From: Candidatus Saccharimonadota bacterium
GTDB lineage: Bacteria; Pseudomonadota; Alphaproteobacteria; Rickettsiales; Anaplasmataceae
Assembly: GCF_013365475.1 (NCBI RefSeq)
Contig: NZ_CP046579.1
Coordinates: 240,001-272,000 of the forward strand
DNA length: 32,000 nt
Direction of reading: 5' to 3'
Positions 10,859 through 20,467 of the stretch are shown here, piece after piece. The position numbers were made by a program, and so were the translations under genes. A model generated the notes under the pieces. It worked only from the letters and a program-made list of their open reading frames with translations. It did not search any database and was not told the DNA's origin. Positions within the stretch are counted from its first letter, which is position 1. The number at the start of each line of letters is the position of its first letter.

Positions 10859-12430
10859 TCACTTTTCAAACATATATTTCAGTATCATGTTAGCTATTGC
10901 AACATCCTGGCGTGGAGCCTTGCCATGCTCTATAAATACAGAGATTGCATAGCGTGGATTATGATAAGGGCCATAAGCAATGAATAACTTGTGGCTTTCG
11001 CCCTTGAAGTTTGTCTCTGGTGTACCTGTTTTGCCTGCGATTTGTATACCGCTTGTATATACACCTCTTCTATAGGTTTCAGCTTTAGAATTTATCACAT
11101 CAAACATAGCCTTTCGAATTGTATCAAGATGTTCATAATCTACGTTAATATTGGGAAAATCTTGTATTGTTTTGCTTGATTGAATATGTGGAATTATTTC
11201 TTTCCCTGTTGCAATTCTTGCTGCAAGAACTGTAAGCTGAATTGGTGTTGTTAGCAAATATCCTTGCCCTATGACCAAATTTATAGTATCACCTAAATAC
11301 CATTTTAAATGTGTCCTCTGTGCACGCCAATCTCTGTCCGGCAATAACCCTGGAGCTTCTTCTTTGAATATTCCAATTAATGGTCCGCTACCAACACCAA
11401 ATTTTCTTGCCATTTCTACTAAGGAATCCACACTTATTTTTTTTCCTATACTATAAAAATAAGTGTTACATGAAAGAGCCATCGCTTCATTTAAAGACAC
11501 ATGTCCATGAGCTTTGCCTTGTAAGCAACGAAATCTCCTCTCTCCTATTTTCATATAGCCTCTGCATGAAAATTTTTCTTCTGGAGTGATTATTCTGTCC
11601 TTTAAACCTGCAAGTGCGACTATTATTTTGAATATTGAACCAGGTGGAATCTGATATGATAATGCACGATTTATAAGTGGTAATGGAGGAGAATTTAAAC
11701 TTTCCAGAGTTTCTTTTGATAACCTACTAGTAAAAAGATTATTGTCATAAGAAGGTGAGTTGTATAATGCTAAAATTTCTCCGTTATTTACATCTACTAC
11801 GACTATAGAGCCCTTGTGATTTTTAAACACATCTGCGATTTTCTTTTGCAGATCAATATCAATTGTTAACTGCACATCTTGACCATCTTGCTGTGGTATG
11901 CTTAATAACTCTCTTGTAACTCTCTTCTTAGAATTGACTTCCTCTTTAGACTTTCCTGGCTTGCCTTTTAACGTATTATCATGTATGTATTCAATACCAC
12001 TCACTCCAGTTTCTGCTATTTCTCGCTGTTTCTTTGTATATCCAATTATGTGAGAACATACTGAACCGAATGGGTAGTAACGTTTATAAAGAGCAGTTAT
12101 TTCTGTTTCTGGTGACCTTGCTATCTTGGATTCAATTTTTGGTAATGTTTGTAGATCAACCTCCTTACCATTGGTCTTTTTTCCATTAAATGAAATAATG
12201 TAAGAGATTTTGTTTGCTGCAAGCTCTATGCCATTCCTGTCTAAAATCCTTCCACGCCTAGGTACAATAGTAGCAGTTCTTACCCTATTATTGTTAGATA
12301 ACGCTTCGTATTTTTTTTTATTCAGTATCTGTAAATTATATAGTCTGCAACTAAAAATCACGGAAATGGTAAATTGAATACCACCTAATATAAATGCCCT
12401 GCGGTTAAAGACTTTATTTTTTGTTTGCAT
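10859..12430 (-). CDS. mrdA: Penicillin-binding protein 2 (peptidoglycan D,D-transpeptidase)
   Basis: N-terminal membrane anchor followed by the dimerisation-domain motif RGRILDRNG. Transpeptidase boxes are SIFK (SxxK), SCN (SxN) and KTGT. At 523 aa it is shorter than E. coli PBP2. Confidence 0.85.
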   Translation of the reverse strand: MQTKNKVFNRRAFILGGIQFTISVIFSCRLYNLQILNKKKYEALSNNNRVRTATIVPRRGRILDRNGIELAANKISYIISFNGKKTNGKEVDLQTLPKIESKIARSPETEITALYKRYYPFGSVCSHIIGYTKKQREIAETGVSGIEYIHDNTLKGKPGKSKEEVNSKKRVTRELLSIPQQDGQDVQLTIDIDLQKKIADVFKNHKGSIVVVDVNNGEILALYNSPSYDNNLFTSRLSKETLESLNSPPLPLINRALSYQIPPGSIFKIIVALAGLKDRIITPEEKFSCRGYMKIGERRFRCLQGKAHGHVSLNEAMALSCNTYFYSIGKKISVDSLVEMARKFGVGSGPLIGIFKEEAPGLLPDRDWRAQRTHLKWYLGDTINLVIGQGYLLTTPIQLTVLAARIATGKEIIPHIQSSKTIQDFPNINVDYEHLDTIRKAMFDVINSKAETYRRGVYTSGIQIAGKTGTPETNFKGESHKLFIAYGPYHNPRYAISVFIEHGKAPRQDVAIANMILKYMFEK

Positions 12431-13457
12431 AGAATCTCCTTAAGCAGAGCTTCATGGTATGAATATAAAAGGTAGAAAACTTTGATACATAGCTGTATGG
12501 ATTATAAAGATAGTGCATAAAATGCAATGAGTTGTGATTATTAAACGTTAAAAGTATAAAAGACGCAAATGCTTTAAGTAGATATCAGACATGATATCTT
12601 TTGCTTTTAGCTTGTTTTGATAGTCATTTTTAATGCTTGTAGCTAAAACAATTTAAAATTAATGAAGGATGTCATTTCATGAGCATGATCTGGATCTTTT
12701 ATTTGATTCTTAAAAACCAAATAAAAGAAGAATATTATATTTTATATATTAAATCTGACATTATCATGATATCTCATTTAATGAACCTAAGCATATTTTT
12801 AATATACATTTTAGTTTTTACTATACTATAAATCCTTTTTTATCATTATACTTAGGATAGTAGATTTAAAATTAAATTTATCAATGTTTAATTTGAATAA
12901 CCTAAAGTAAGAGGCACAGTTATTTGATTTATTATTGTGCAATATAGCAATGCTATCCTCATATTATGTAGGTTGTTTGCTGTCCAATAACTGAAATTCA
13001 TGATTTATTATCCTGTTTAGAAAATTATCTACCAATAATACTAAATAAGTATCAAATTAATTAATCAGTGTTTTTAATTAAATTATTGTTTGTTCCTTAT
13101 TGGTAGACATTGATATCTTATATTCTTCTTTTTATTCTCTTGCTACTTTAAATGTTTTTATTCATCCTTCCTCAAGGGAAGAAATGTTGTTTCCCTTATA
13201 GCTCTTTAATATATTGATAACATCTACTTCTGTTAGACAACCTGTTATCAGGTGTCAGTACAATAAATTTGTCACTGATGATTAGCGGTTTTTTGTTTGC
13301 TTATATTGTTATATATTGAACCTAGACTATAACTAAATTCGTAATGCGGTAAATTGAGCTCATAATTGCTATAAGAAATTTTGCTTTAGTGTATGAAAGG
13401 AGAATTAGTTGTTAACTATATTTTCAGCTTTATCTTTACTTGATCACACTACTTCAG

Positions 13458-14354
13458 CTATGAAATTGAGTCTCTGAGATCAGAAGCATCAATTCCCTTC
13501 TGTAGGCAAGCAGCGATAACAGTATTTACCATTAAAAATGCAACGGTCATTGGGCCAACTCCTCCTGGTACTGGAGTAATAGCTTTGACTTTTTCTTTTA
13601 CTCCATCGAAATCAACGTCTCCTATGAGTTTCAGTTTACCTCCTGTGTCTATACTGTTTATACCAACATCAATTACTATTGCGTTTTTTTTTATCCAATC
13701 TTTCCGAACAAAGCTTGGCTTTCCAACTGCTGCAACTACTATGTCTGCCTTGGAACAGTACTCAGCTAAATTTCTACTCTGCGAATGTAGGATAGTAACA
13801 GTGCAGTTTTCTTGCAGCAATAGGTGAAACATTGGCTTTCCAACGATATTTGATCTCCCAATTACAACTGCATTTTTGCTAGAAAGTTTTTTTTCAATTG
13901 ATTTAATCAAATATAGAGAACCCTTAGGAGTACAAGGTATAAGGCAATTTTTTTCACCTTTAACTAGCCTTCCTACATTTTCATCATGAAACCCATCTAC
14001 ATCTTTTTTGACACTTACTATATTAATTACCCTTCTTGCATTAAGATGTTTTGGTAAAGGTAATTGTACTAAAATACCATGAACAGACGGATCTTCATTT
14101 AATTCGTTAATTTTCATAATTAGTTTATCTTCTGAAATATTATCAGGAAAAACAATAGTTTCAGAGCATATTCCTATTGATTCCGCCTTTTTTTGTTTGT
14201 TGTAAACGTAAACTTTACTTTCTGGGTTTTCCCCAACAAGGATTACTTTAAGGCAAGGAAAAATATTGTGCTTTCTTTTTAGAAAGTCAATTTTTTGTGA
14301 TAACTTCTTGTAAAGATCATTTGCAATTTTTTTTCCATCAATAATAATTGTCAC
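13458..14354 (-). CDS. folD: Bifunctional methylenetetrahydrofolate dehydrogenase/cyclohydrolase
   Basis: IIDGKKIA start, [21 protein letters not shown] and [10 protein letters not shown] motifs. GTG start at 14354. Confidence 0.9.
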   Translation of the reverse strand: MTIIIDGKKIANDLYKKLSQKIDFLKRKHNIFPCLKVILVGENPESKVYVYNKQKKAESIGICSETIVFPDNISEDKLIMKINELNEDPSVHGILVQLPLPKHLNARRVINIVSVKKDVDGFHDENVGRLVKGEKNCLIPCTPKGSLYLIKSIEKKLSSKNAVVIGRSNIVGKPMFHLLLQENCTVTILHSQSRNLAEYCSKADIVVAAVGKPSFVRKDWIKKNAIVIDVGINSIDTGGKLKLIGDVDFDGVKEKVKAITPVPGGVGPMTVAFLMVNTVIAACLQKGIDASDLRDSIS

Positions 14355-14357
14355 TTG

Positions 14358-14984
14358 CTATACTCCTTGCCATTCTTTGAAGTCAGGTAATTTAATATTA
14401 AATAAATCCAGTACCTTGCTAATAGAGTGATTGATAATATTTTCTAAAGATTTTGGTCTAATGTAAAAAGCTGGCACTGGTGGAGCAATGATTGCTCCCA
14501 TCTCTGTTAATCTTAGCATATTTTGTAAATGACCGAGGTGCAACGGTGATTCTCTTACCATAAGAACTAGTTTTCTTCTTTCTTTTAATGTTACATCTGC
14601 AGCTCTTGTTAACAGATTTGAAGTAACTCCTGATGCAATTTCAGACATTGTCTTTATAGAACATGGAGCGATAACCATTCCTAGAGTTTTAAATGAGCTA
14701 CTTGCTATCTTTTCTCCTATTTTCTCTTCAGAATAGTAAAAATCTGCAAGTGATATAATATCTTCAAGTCTTTCTGTAATTTCATGGGCTATAGTTATTT
14801 TTCCAGAGCGACTTATTACTAAATGAGTTTCATAGCTTGTTTTGACATCATCCCGGCGTGTGGTACTGGAATCTATTGTGGTGAATTCAAAAGATTTGCT
14901 AATTTTTCTCAATGTTTCTAGAATACGTACACCATAAATAGAACCAGAAGCTCCGCTTATTCCAATTACAATCCTATTGCTCAC
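14358..14984 (-). CDS. ubiX: Flavin prenyltransferase UbiX
   Basis: IVIGISGASGSIYGVRIL, LLTRAADVTLKERRKLVL, RESPLHLGHL and PPVPAFY are all collinear with UbiX. GTG start at 14984, immediately after the upstream gene's stop. Confidence 0.9.
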   Translation of the reverse strand: MSNRIVIGISGASGSIYGVRILETLRKISKSFEFTTIDSSTTRRDDVKTSYETHLVISRSGKITIAHEITERLEDIISLADFYYSEEKIGEKIASSSFKTLGMVIAPCSIKTMSEIASGVTSNLLTRAADVTLKERRKLVLMVRESPLHLGHLQNMLRLTEMGAIIAPPVPAFYIRPKSLENIINHSISKVLDLFNIKLPDFKEWQGV

Positions 14985-15241
14985 TTAGTTTTCTTCGCAA
15001 CTCATTCCCAATGTACACTTACAGGTGTTTAGCAACACTTCTTGTTCTTCCCTATCATCATTCATTTTTCTTAGCCTAATAACTTTTGTTTCATAACTTC
15101 TATATTCCAACCTTCATCTGTAGCTTTTGTATATATATCACGAATGTGATCTTGTATATCCTTCTTTTTTTGTTCAAGCTTTTCAATTCCCTCTATGTAA
15201 CTTTTTAACTCATCAGCTGTTATTCTTGATTCCACTTCCAT
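14985..15241 (-). pseudogene. GapR-like DUF2312 (UPF0335) small DNA-binding protein, reading frame broken by a frameshift
   Basis: Not in the ORF track because both pieces are under 60 codons. Frame A starts at ATG 15241: MEVESRITADELKSYIEGIEKLEQKKKDIQDHIRDIYTKATDEGWNIEVMKQKLLG*, with its stop at 15071-15073. The -1 frame continues (K)VIRLRKMNDDREEQEVLLNTCKCTLGMSCEEN*, with its stop at 14985-14987. Joined, the two are collinear with Caulobacter GapR as I recall it (LKSIIDRVERLE...GNGFDVKVLKKVVRIRKQD...QEEDAILDLYLSAIG). The total of 257 nt is not a multiple of 3. Confidence 0.75.
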
Positions 15242-15281
15242 AAAACATAACTAGTTAATTGCTTTCAGTATCAGTTCTTAC

Positions 15282-15422
15282 TCATACTTCAATAATAGTA
15301 GTATTTTTATCTTTTTTCAAAATCTTGAAGTAAAAACCATATAGAAAGCTTTCACCCTCATCAGCAAGACATTCTATTTCATTGGCAAATCCTGCCTATA
15401 AAGGTAATAGACTATCATCAGG
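15282..15422 (-). pseudogene. Out-of-frame remnant of the CorC_HlyC (transporter-associated) C-terminal domain of the upstream CNNM/CBS gene
   Basis: The minus-strand translation is PDDSLLPL*AGFANEIECLADEGESFLYGFYFKILKKDKNTTIIEV*. It matches the usual LP(D/E)..T(L/I)AG......P..GE.F...G..F.(I/V)L tail of HlyC/CorC proteins. It lies in a different frame from 15437..16477, contains an internal TAG, and is missing roughly 20 residues of the domain. Confidence 0.55.
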
Positions 15423-15436
15423 AAAGCTTTAGAACA

Positions 15437-16477
15437 TTATAAGGTATTTTTTTTTATGAAATTTTCTGTGATCAGATCATGCTCATCAGAGATTTCTCCA
15501 ACTATTTCTTCCAGAATGTTCTCAAGAGTTATGATTCCTTGTAATGCTCCATACTTATCAACAACAAATGCAAGGTGCCTCCTATTTTTGCGGAAATTAT
15601 GTAGTTGTATACTAAGTGGTGTACTGTCTAGTATAAACCAAGGCTTTGATATGACTTGGGCGATGTTAACTTCTTCTGCTCTATTGCCTTTTTCACGTAA
15701 GGCACTTATTAGGGTTTTTACATGAACTACTCCTATAATATTATCTTGGCATTTTTGCCACAAAGGTACCTTACTGTAACTGCCGGTTAAAATTTTGCTT
15801 ACTAATTCCTTTTTATTTTGATCTATGTCAAGAGAAAATAAATCTCTCTTATGGGTCATAATTTCTGATACTTCTGTATCAGCTAAATCAAGTATGCTGC
15901 TCAGCATATCTAAATCTTGTTGTAGCATTGTGCCCTCACTACGGTGAAGAACAATCATATTACGCATTGCATCTGCTGCAGATATTACCTCCGTGTTCTT
16001 ATAAGGGCTATACAACTTGAGAATAAGATTGACAATAAACTGGATTCCTAATGTCAGTGGAGAAAAGATCTTAACAAAAAACAGCACGAGATAAGCAGAG
16101 AATGATGTAAATTTTTCAGGATTTTGCATAGCGTAGGTTTTTGGTAATACCTCACAGAATAGTAAAATACAAAATGTCATAATGAGTGTCAGTAAAAAAA
16201 CACCTTCATTTCCAAAAAAATTTATGACTATTGCTGTAAGTAGGGCAGAACAGGTGATGTTGATAATTGTATTTCCAAGCAATATTGTGCCTATTGTTAA
16301 TTCCTTTTTGCTCAACAAATGGTCAATCACCTTAGCTCTTTTGTTACCATCTAGCTTTAATTTATTAACTCTAGAACGACTGATTGAAGTTAACCCTATT
16401 TCTGCACCTGAAAATAAAAACGATAAAATTAGCAAGATAAAAATTATTGATAATACTGAAACAAGTAACCAATCCAT
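15437..16477 (-). CDS. CNNM/DUF21 transmembrane domain plus CBS-pair protein (HlyC/CorC 'hemolysin'/Mg-Co efflux family), C-terminally truncated
   Basis: The N-terminal ~190 aa contain four hydrophobic helices (FSGAEIGLTSISRSRV, EVLPKTYA). A CBS pair follows (VSEIMTHKRD..., HLAFVVDKYGALQGIITLENILEEIVGEISDEHD). The ORF stops just where the CorC_HlyC domain should begin. Confidence 0.8.
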   Translation of the reverse strand: MDWLLVSVLSIIFILLILSFLFSGAEIGLTSISRSRVNKLKLDGNKRAKVIDHLLSKKELTIGTILLGNTIINITCSALLTAIVINFFGNEGVFLLTLIMTFCILLFCEVLPKTYAMQNPEKFTSFSAYLVLFFVKIFSPLTLGIQFIVNLILKLYSPYKNTEVISAADAMRNMIVLHRSEGTMLQQDLDMLSSILDLADTEVSEIMTHKRDLFSLDIDQNKKELVSKILTGSYSKVPLWQKCQDNIIGVVHVKTLISALREKGNRAEEVNIAQVISKPWFILDSTPLSIQLHNFRKNRRHLAFVVDKYGALQGIITLENILEEIVGEISDEHDLITENFIKKNTL

Positions 16478-16584
16478 TAAAGGGTAATATTACTGTAACA
16501 AAAAGCAAAGTTAATTTTGTATACCATGAGAAGCATTTGTAAATTTAAAGTTATGTTTTGCTGAGTTGCATATACTTGGAGTAT

Positions 16585-17763
16585 TTATATATTTTCAACC
16601 TCAAAAAATAAACTGTAGAGTATATCGCATGCTGCATCGATATGTTTATCTTCAGCAATCAGTGGAGGGGTTATTCTTATTACTCTATTATTTAAGACTG
16701 TAGTCATTATTAAACCTTTGTCAAGAGATCGACTAATAATTTTATCGGCGAAAGGTATTTTGAGCTCTACTCCTATTAATAAACCTTCTCCACGAATTTC
16801 TGAGATTACCTTTGGGAATTCTTTTGCTAAAGGCAATAACTTTTCTTTCAGGTATTTACTAACTTTCCTTACATGATCAAGGAAATTTTCTTTTAGCATT
16901 ATATCAAGTACTGCATTACCAACAGTCATAGCAAGAGGATTGCCTCCATAAGTTGATCCGTGAGTTCCTGGAGTGATAGCTTCTGCTATGTAATTTTTTA
17001 CTAAACATGCAGCTAAAGGGAATCCGTTGCCCATTGCCTTTGCACAAGTTAACATGTCAGGCTCAATTTCTATATTCTGGTAATGGAATAAAGAGCCGAT
17101 ACGGCCATATCCACATTGCACTTCATCAAAACACAAAATTATTTCTTGGTCTTTTGTTATCTCTCTCACCTTTTGAAGGTACTTCATGTCTAGTGAATAC
17201 ACTCCCCCCTCACTTTGTATAGGTTCTAGAAACACAGCAGCTGTTTCACTGCTAATCTTTTCTTCTAGTGCTTTGATATCATTTCTTGGTACTTTATCAA
17301 ACCCAGGAAGAAGAGGAGCAAAACCTTCACGTGATTTCTCACTTCCACCAGCAGAAATTGCAGCAATACTACGTCCATGAAACCCTCCTTCAATTGTAAT
17401 AATGCGGTAACGTTCTTCTTGACCTTTTAAATAAAAATAGCGACGAATAAATTTGATTGTTGCTTCTGTTGCTTCAAGCCCACTTGAACAAAAAAAAACT
17501 CTATCTGCGAAAGTGAGTGCTGTTAGGCGCTCTGCGAGCCTCTCTTGCTCAAGGATAGTGAAAATATTAGAGCAGTGCCATAATAAACCAAGTTGTTCTT
17601 TCAATTTACTTATAATGTATGGATGACAGTGCCCTAGAGAAGTTGTAGAAATACCTGCAGCAAAATCTAAATACTTTTTACCATCTTCATCAAAAAGGTA
17701 TACTCCTTTCCCTCTGACTATAGGGATGTTAAATCTATTATATGCATTAATAGTGCAGCTCAT
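16585..17763 (-). CDS. argD: Acetylornithine/succinyldiaminopimelate aminotransferase (class III PLP aminotransferase)
   Basis: GKKYLDFAAGISTTSLGHCHP, SGLEATEATIK, CFDEVQCGYGRIG and TCAKAMGNGFP are collinear with ArgD. I prefer the ATG of MSCTINAY at 17763; the track uses a TTG at 17820. Confidence 0.85.
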   Translation of the reverse strand: MSCTINAYNRFNIPIVRGKGVYLFDEDGKKYLDFAAGISTTSLGHCHPYIISKLKEQLGLLWHCSNIFTILEQERLAERLTALTFADRVFFCSSGLEATEATIKFIRRYFYLKGQEERYRIITIEGGFHGRSIAAISAGGSEKSREGFAPLLPGFDKVPRNDIKALEEKISSETAAVFLEPIQSEGGVYSLDMKYLQKVREITKDQEIILCFDEVQCGYGRIGSLFHYQNIEIEPDMLTCAKAMGNGFPLAACLVKNYIAEAITPGTHGSTYGGNPLAMTVGNAVLDIMLKENFLDHVRKVSKYLKEKLLPLAKEFPKVISEIRGEGLLIGVELKIPFADKIISRSLDKGLIMTTVLNNRVIRITPPLIAEDKHIDAACDILYSLFFEVENI

Positions 17764-20467
17764 TTTAAATGATGTAATATCACTCACAAACTTGGAACTA
17801 TACTTGTGTATTATTATCAACTAATAATTGATATTTGTAAATTGATTACATCCAAGATATAGCCCATGAGGAGGTAAAAGTAAGTTTTAATTTAGAGTTA
17901 GGAGATATTGCTGTAGGTATGGTGCGTGTAACTAAATTCTATGTTAGTAGAACATCTTTCCACTGATTTCTGTGCTATTAATCTTTCATTATTAGATACC
18001 TAAGGTAATGATGGTTCTCTGAATTAGATTCAAGTAAAAAGTAGCACCAAAATGGGCAGTAAAGGATGCTCTATATTATATGTAAAGAGGATGACAAAAC
18101 TTTCTACTATGTAGATTAAGAAAAATGACAATGTGCGCTTGGCTTGTCTATTAGCTATAGTAGCAAATAAAATAAATTAATAATTTAAAGTTGAAGAAGA
18201 TATTCTCATAGAACAGGAAGCTATCTGATGTAAACAAGAAGTAATGTTATCAAGACGATTAAACCAGATGGAATAATGCAAACTTTCTCTAATAGACTAT
18301 CTATGTTCTGTATCAGATACTATTCTGAAGTATTAATTGACGTGTAAGATATACAAAGTAGTAAAATCTATTACATAAAAATCATCACTATTGGTGTTGG
18401 AATGATGGAAAATAGAGGTGATTATATTCTATAATAGAAGGTAGTAATAGGTTTTTCTAAGAACACCTAACACATGTTAGGCGAATAGAAGTCCTCTTCC
18501 AACAGGATATGCTGACCATTAGCATGCGTGAAATACATGCAAGGTAAAATAATAGTGAGCATTTGGTAAGTCTAGCAATGCAAAACACAAGTTTACTTTC
18601 TTAAGACAATTGATCATACGTTATTAATAAAGAGAAGATAATTTTCCAGAGGGTTTACCAAAAATTCATTGAGTTCAATAATAGTTATTGACTAACTTTT
18701 TCTAGCCTTGATATGAAAATGTAATATACAATATTCAAATGTTTCGATAAATTGATAAATATAGATTAGTAATTCCAAGTTATAAGTTATGTGCAAATTA
18801 AAGAGCAAAATTCGGAATTTCTGTGGTTGCTTACTTGCTAATATCATCTTTATTTAAAACTAGACCTGTCGAGCGTGCTTGCTAGGTAGCTATTAGCATG
18901 TTTCGTTTAAATTGGTGAGATATAGAGAAGTAAATCAATTGTTGATTAGAAAGCTTTATTATCTTGATCAGAATGACCTGTTATATATCAGTTGCTATAA
19001 AGAGCAAAGTGCAGAGCTTATAATTTTCCAAGATTAAGGGATATATGTGTAGGTGATTAGATCATGTCACCTACAGAATAATACAATATATCTGCTTATG
19101 CTAGAATTATTTAGTAATAGTAATGGATGTCCTTTCTTGATAATCTGATATGTTTAACCGTTCGTGAGAACAAAGTATGCATATAATGTAATATGAATAT
19201 GAAAAAATAAAAGTAGGAACATATGTATAAAACACTACTTTAAGTAAAGTACTGATCCACAAGTTATAAACTCACATAATAACAAGTGTGATTCCCCATA
19301 CCAGTGCTAGAGTTAGCGGTGTAGGTATGTCTAAATGTATCTGAAGTAATGAACAATTTGAAATGGCTTTTGGTTACAAATTGAAATAAGATGTGATGTC
19401 ATGTTTGTGCACTTAATTATTAAGGAATAGGAATGTTTTCAAAATTATGATGCTTGCTGAAAAGCTTATTTTTATGACATAGAGCTTCAGCTCATTATGT
19501 AGTAAAAACATAATTTTGCTTTTAATGATTAAAAAATCATGACTTTGTAAAGTATGGTGACAGTGCTAATTTTGGCTAGTCAATAACATAAGATTAAAGA
19601 ATTTAAAGTAAATTAATCTCTGTTACTTATGCACGTGCTATATATGATAAGTTTTAATTTCTTGCTTAGTGTAGAAAACATGTCTATAAGATAAGTTTTA
19701 GTAAATCTAATATAAATTAAATTGCTTGGGAAATGACGATATTTTAGTGTTTAATAATCTGCAAAAAGTTTTGTATACATATTTTATTTGGAGCTTGCCT
19801 AGTTTTTAGCTTCAGTGGAAGGAAAGAAATAAGTAAAATATTTGTGAGTAGAATATAAATTATCTGTAGCTCAGCCATCTATAGGCATTTTTACATTGTA
19901 GTTAAGGTTCTATATGTGTTTTTCGTTTTTTTTGCTAATTTCAGTGAAATTTTTCAATATTGGAATCTACCAGTGTATATCTATTGCAACAGTAGCTAAT
20001 TCCTACAAAAGGACTACTACGCCTAAACTAGGATAGTTAAGGTATCACAGGCAGTTATAATAAACAACTTGCTCCTTTTTTCTGGATGAAGATTTATATT
20101 ATTTTAAGCACGCTTAGCATTCGATATGATAATATTATTAAATCTTCTGTAAAGTTGCAATGATATTGTTATTCCACAAAGCTCTGTAGCACATTTGTTT
20201 TTAATCTACTAATCCCTTTAATATCCATTTATGACTTCTGGTAATTGAAACTTAGTGTGATCTTTAGCTTACTGAATAAATCAATTGAATTTCTTTATTA
20301 AGCAGAATTTATAGACCTTAGTTTTTATTAGTCTCAAATATTTCTATTCAAAAGAGTAATAAAAATTTTACATGTGTAAGTGGCAAGCTAACTCTATAAC
20401 TAGATTTAGTATATGAAGACAATATATCTACAAGTAAAGTTTTACTTTGTCACCTTTATATGTTATA

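Noticed and set aside
15071-15098. Programmed -1 ribosomal frameshifting as the explanation for the split GapR-like gene (slip near CAA AAG)
   Set aside because: There is no canonical X XXY YYZ heptamer and no obvious downstream stimulatory structure. A mutational or sequencing indel in the A run is simpler. I leave it as an alternative to test with transcript and protein data.
19866-19918. tRNA-like fragments (GTAGCTCAGCC ... TTTACA ... AAGGTTC) suggesting a decayed tRNA
   Set aside because: I could not fold acceptor, D, anticodon or T stems with acceptable pairing. Only short matches to generic tRNA box A/B-like strings are present, and these can occur by chance.
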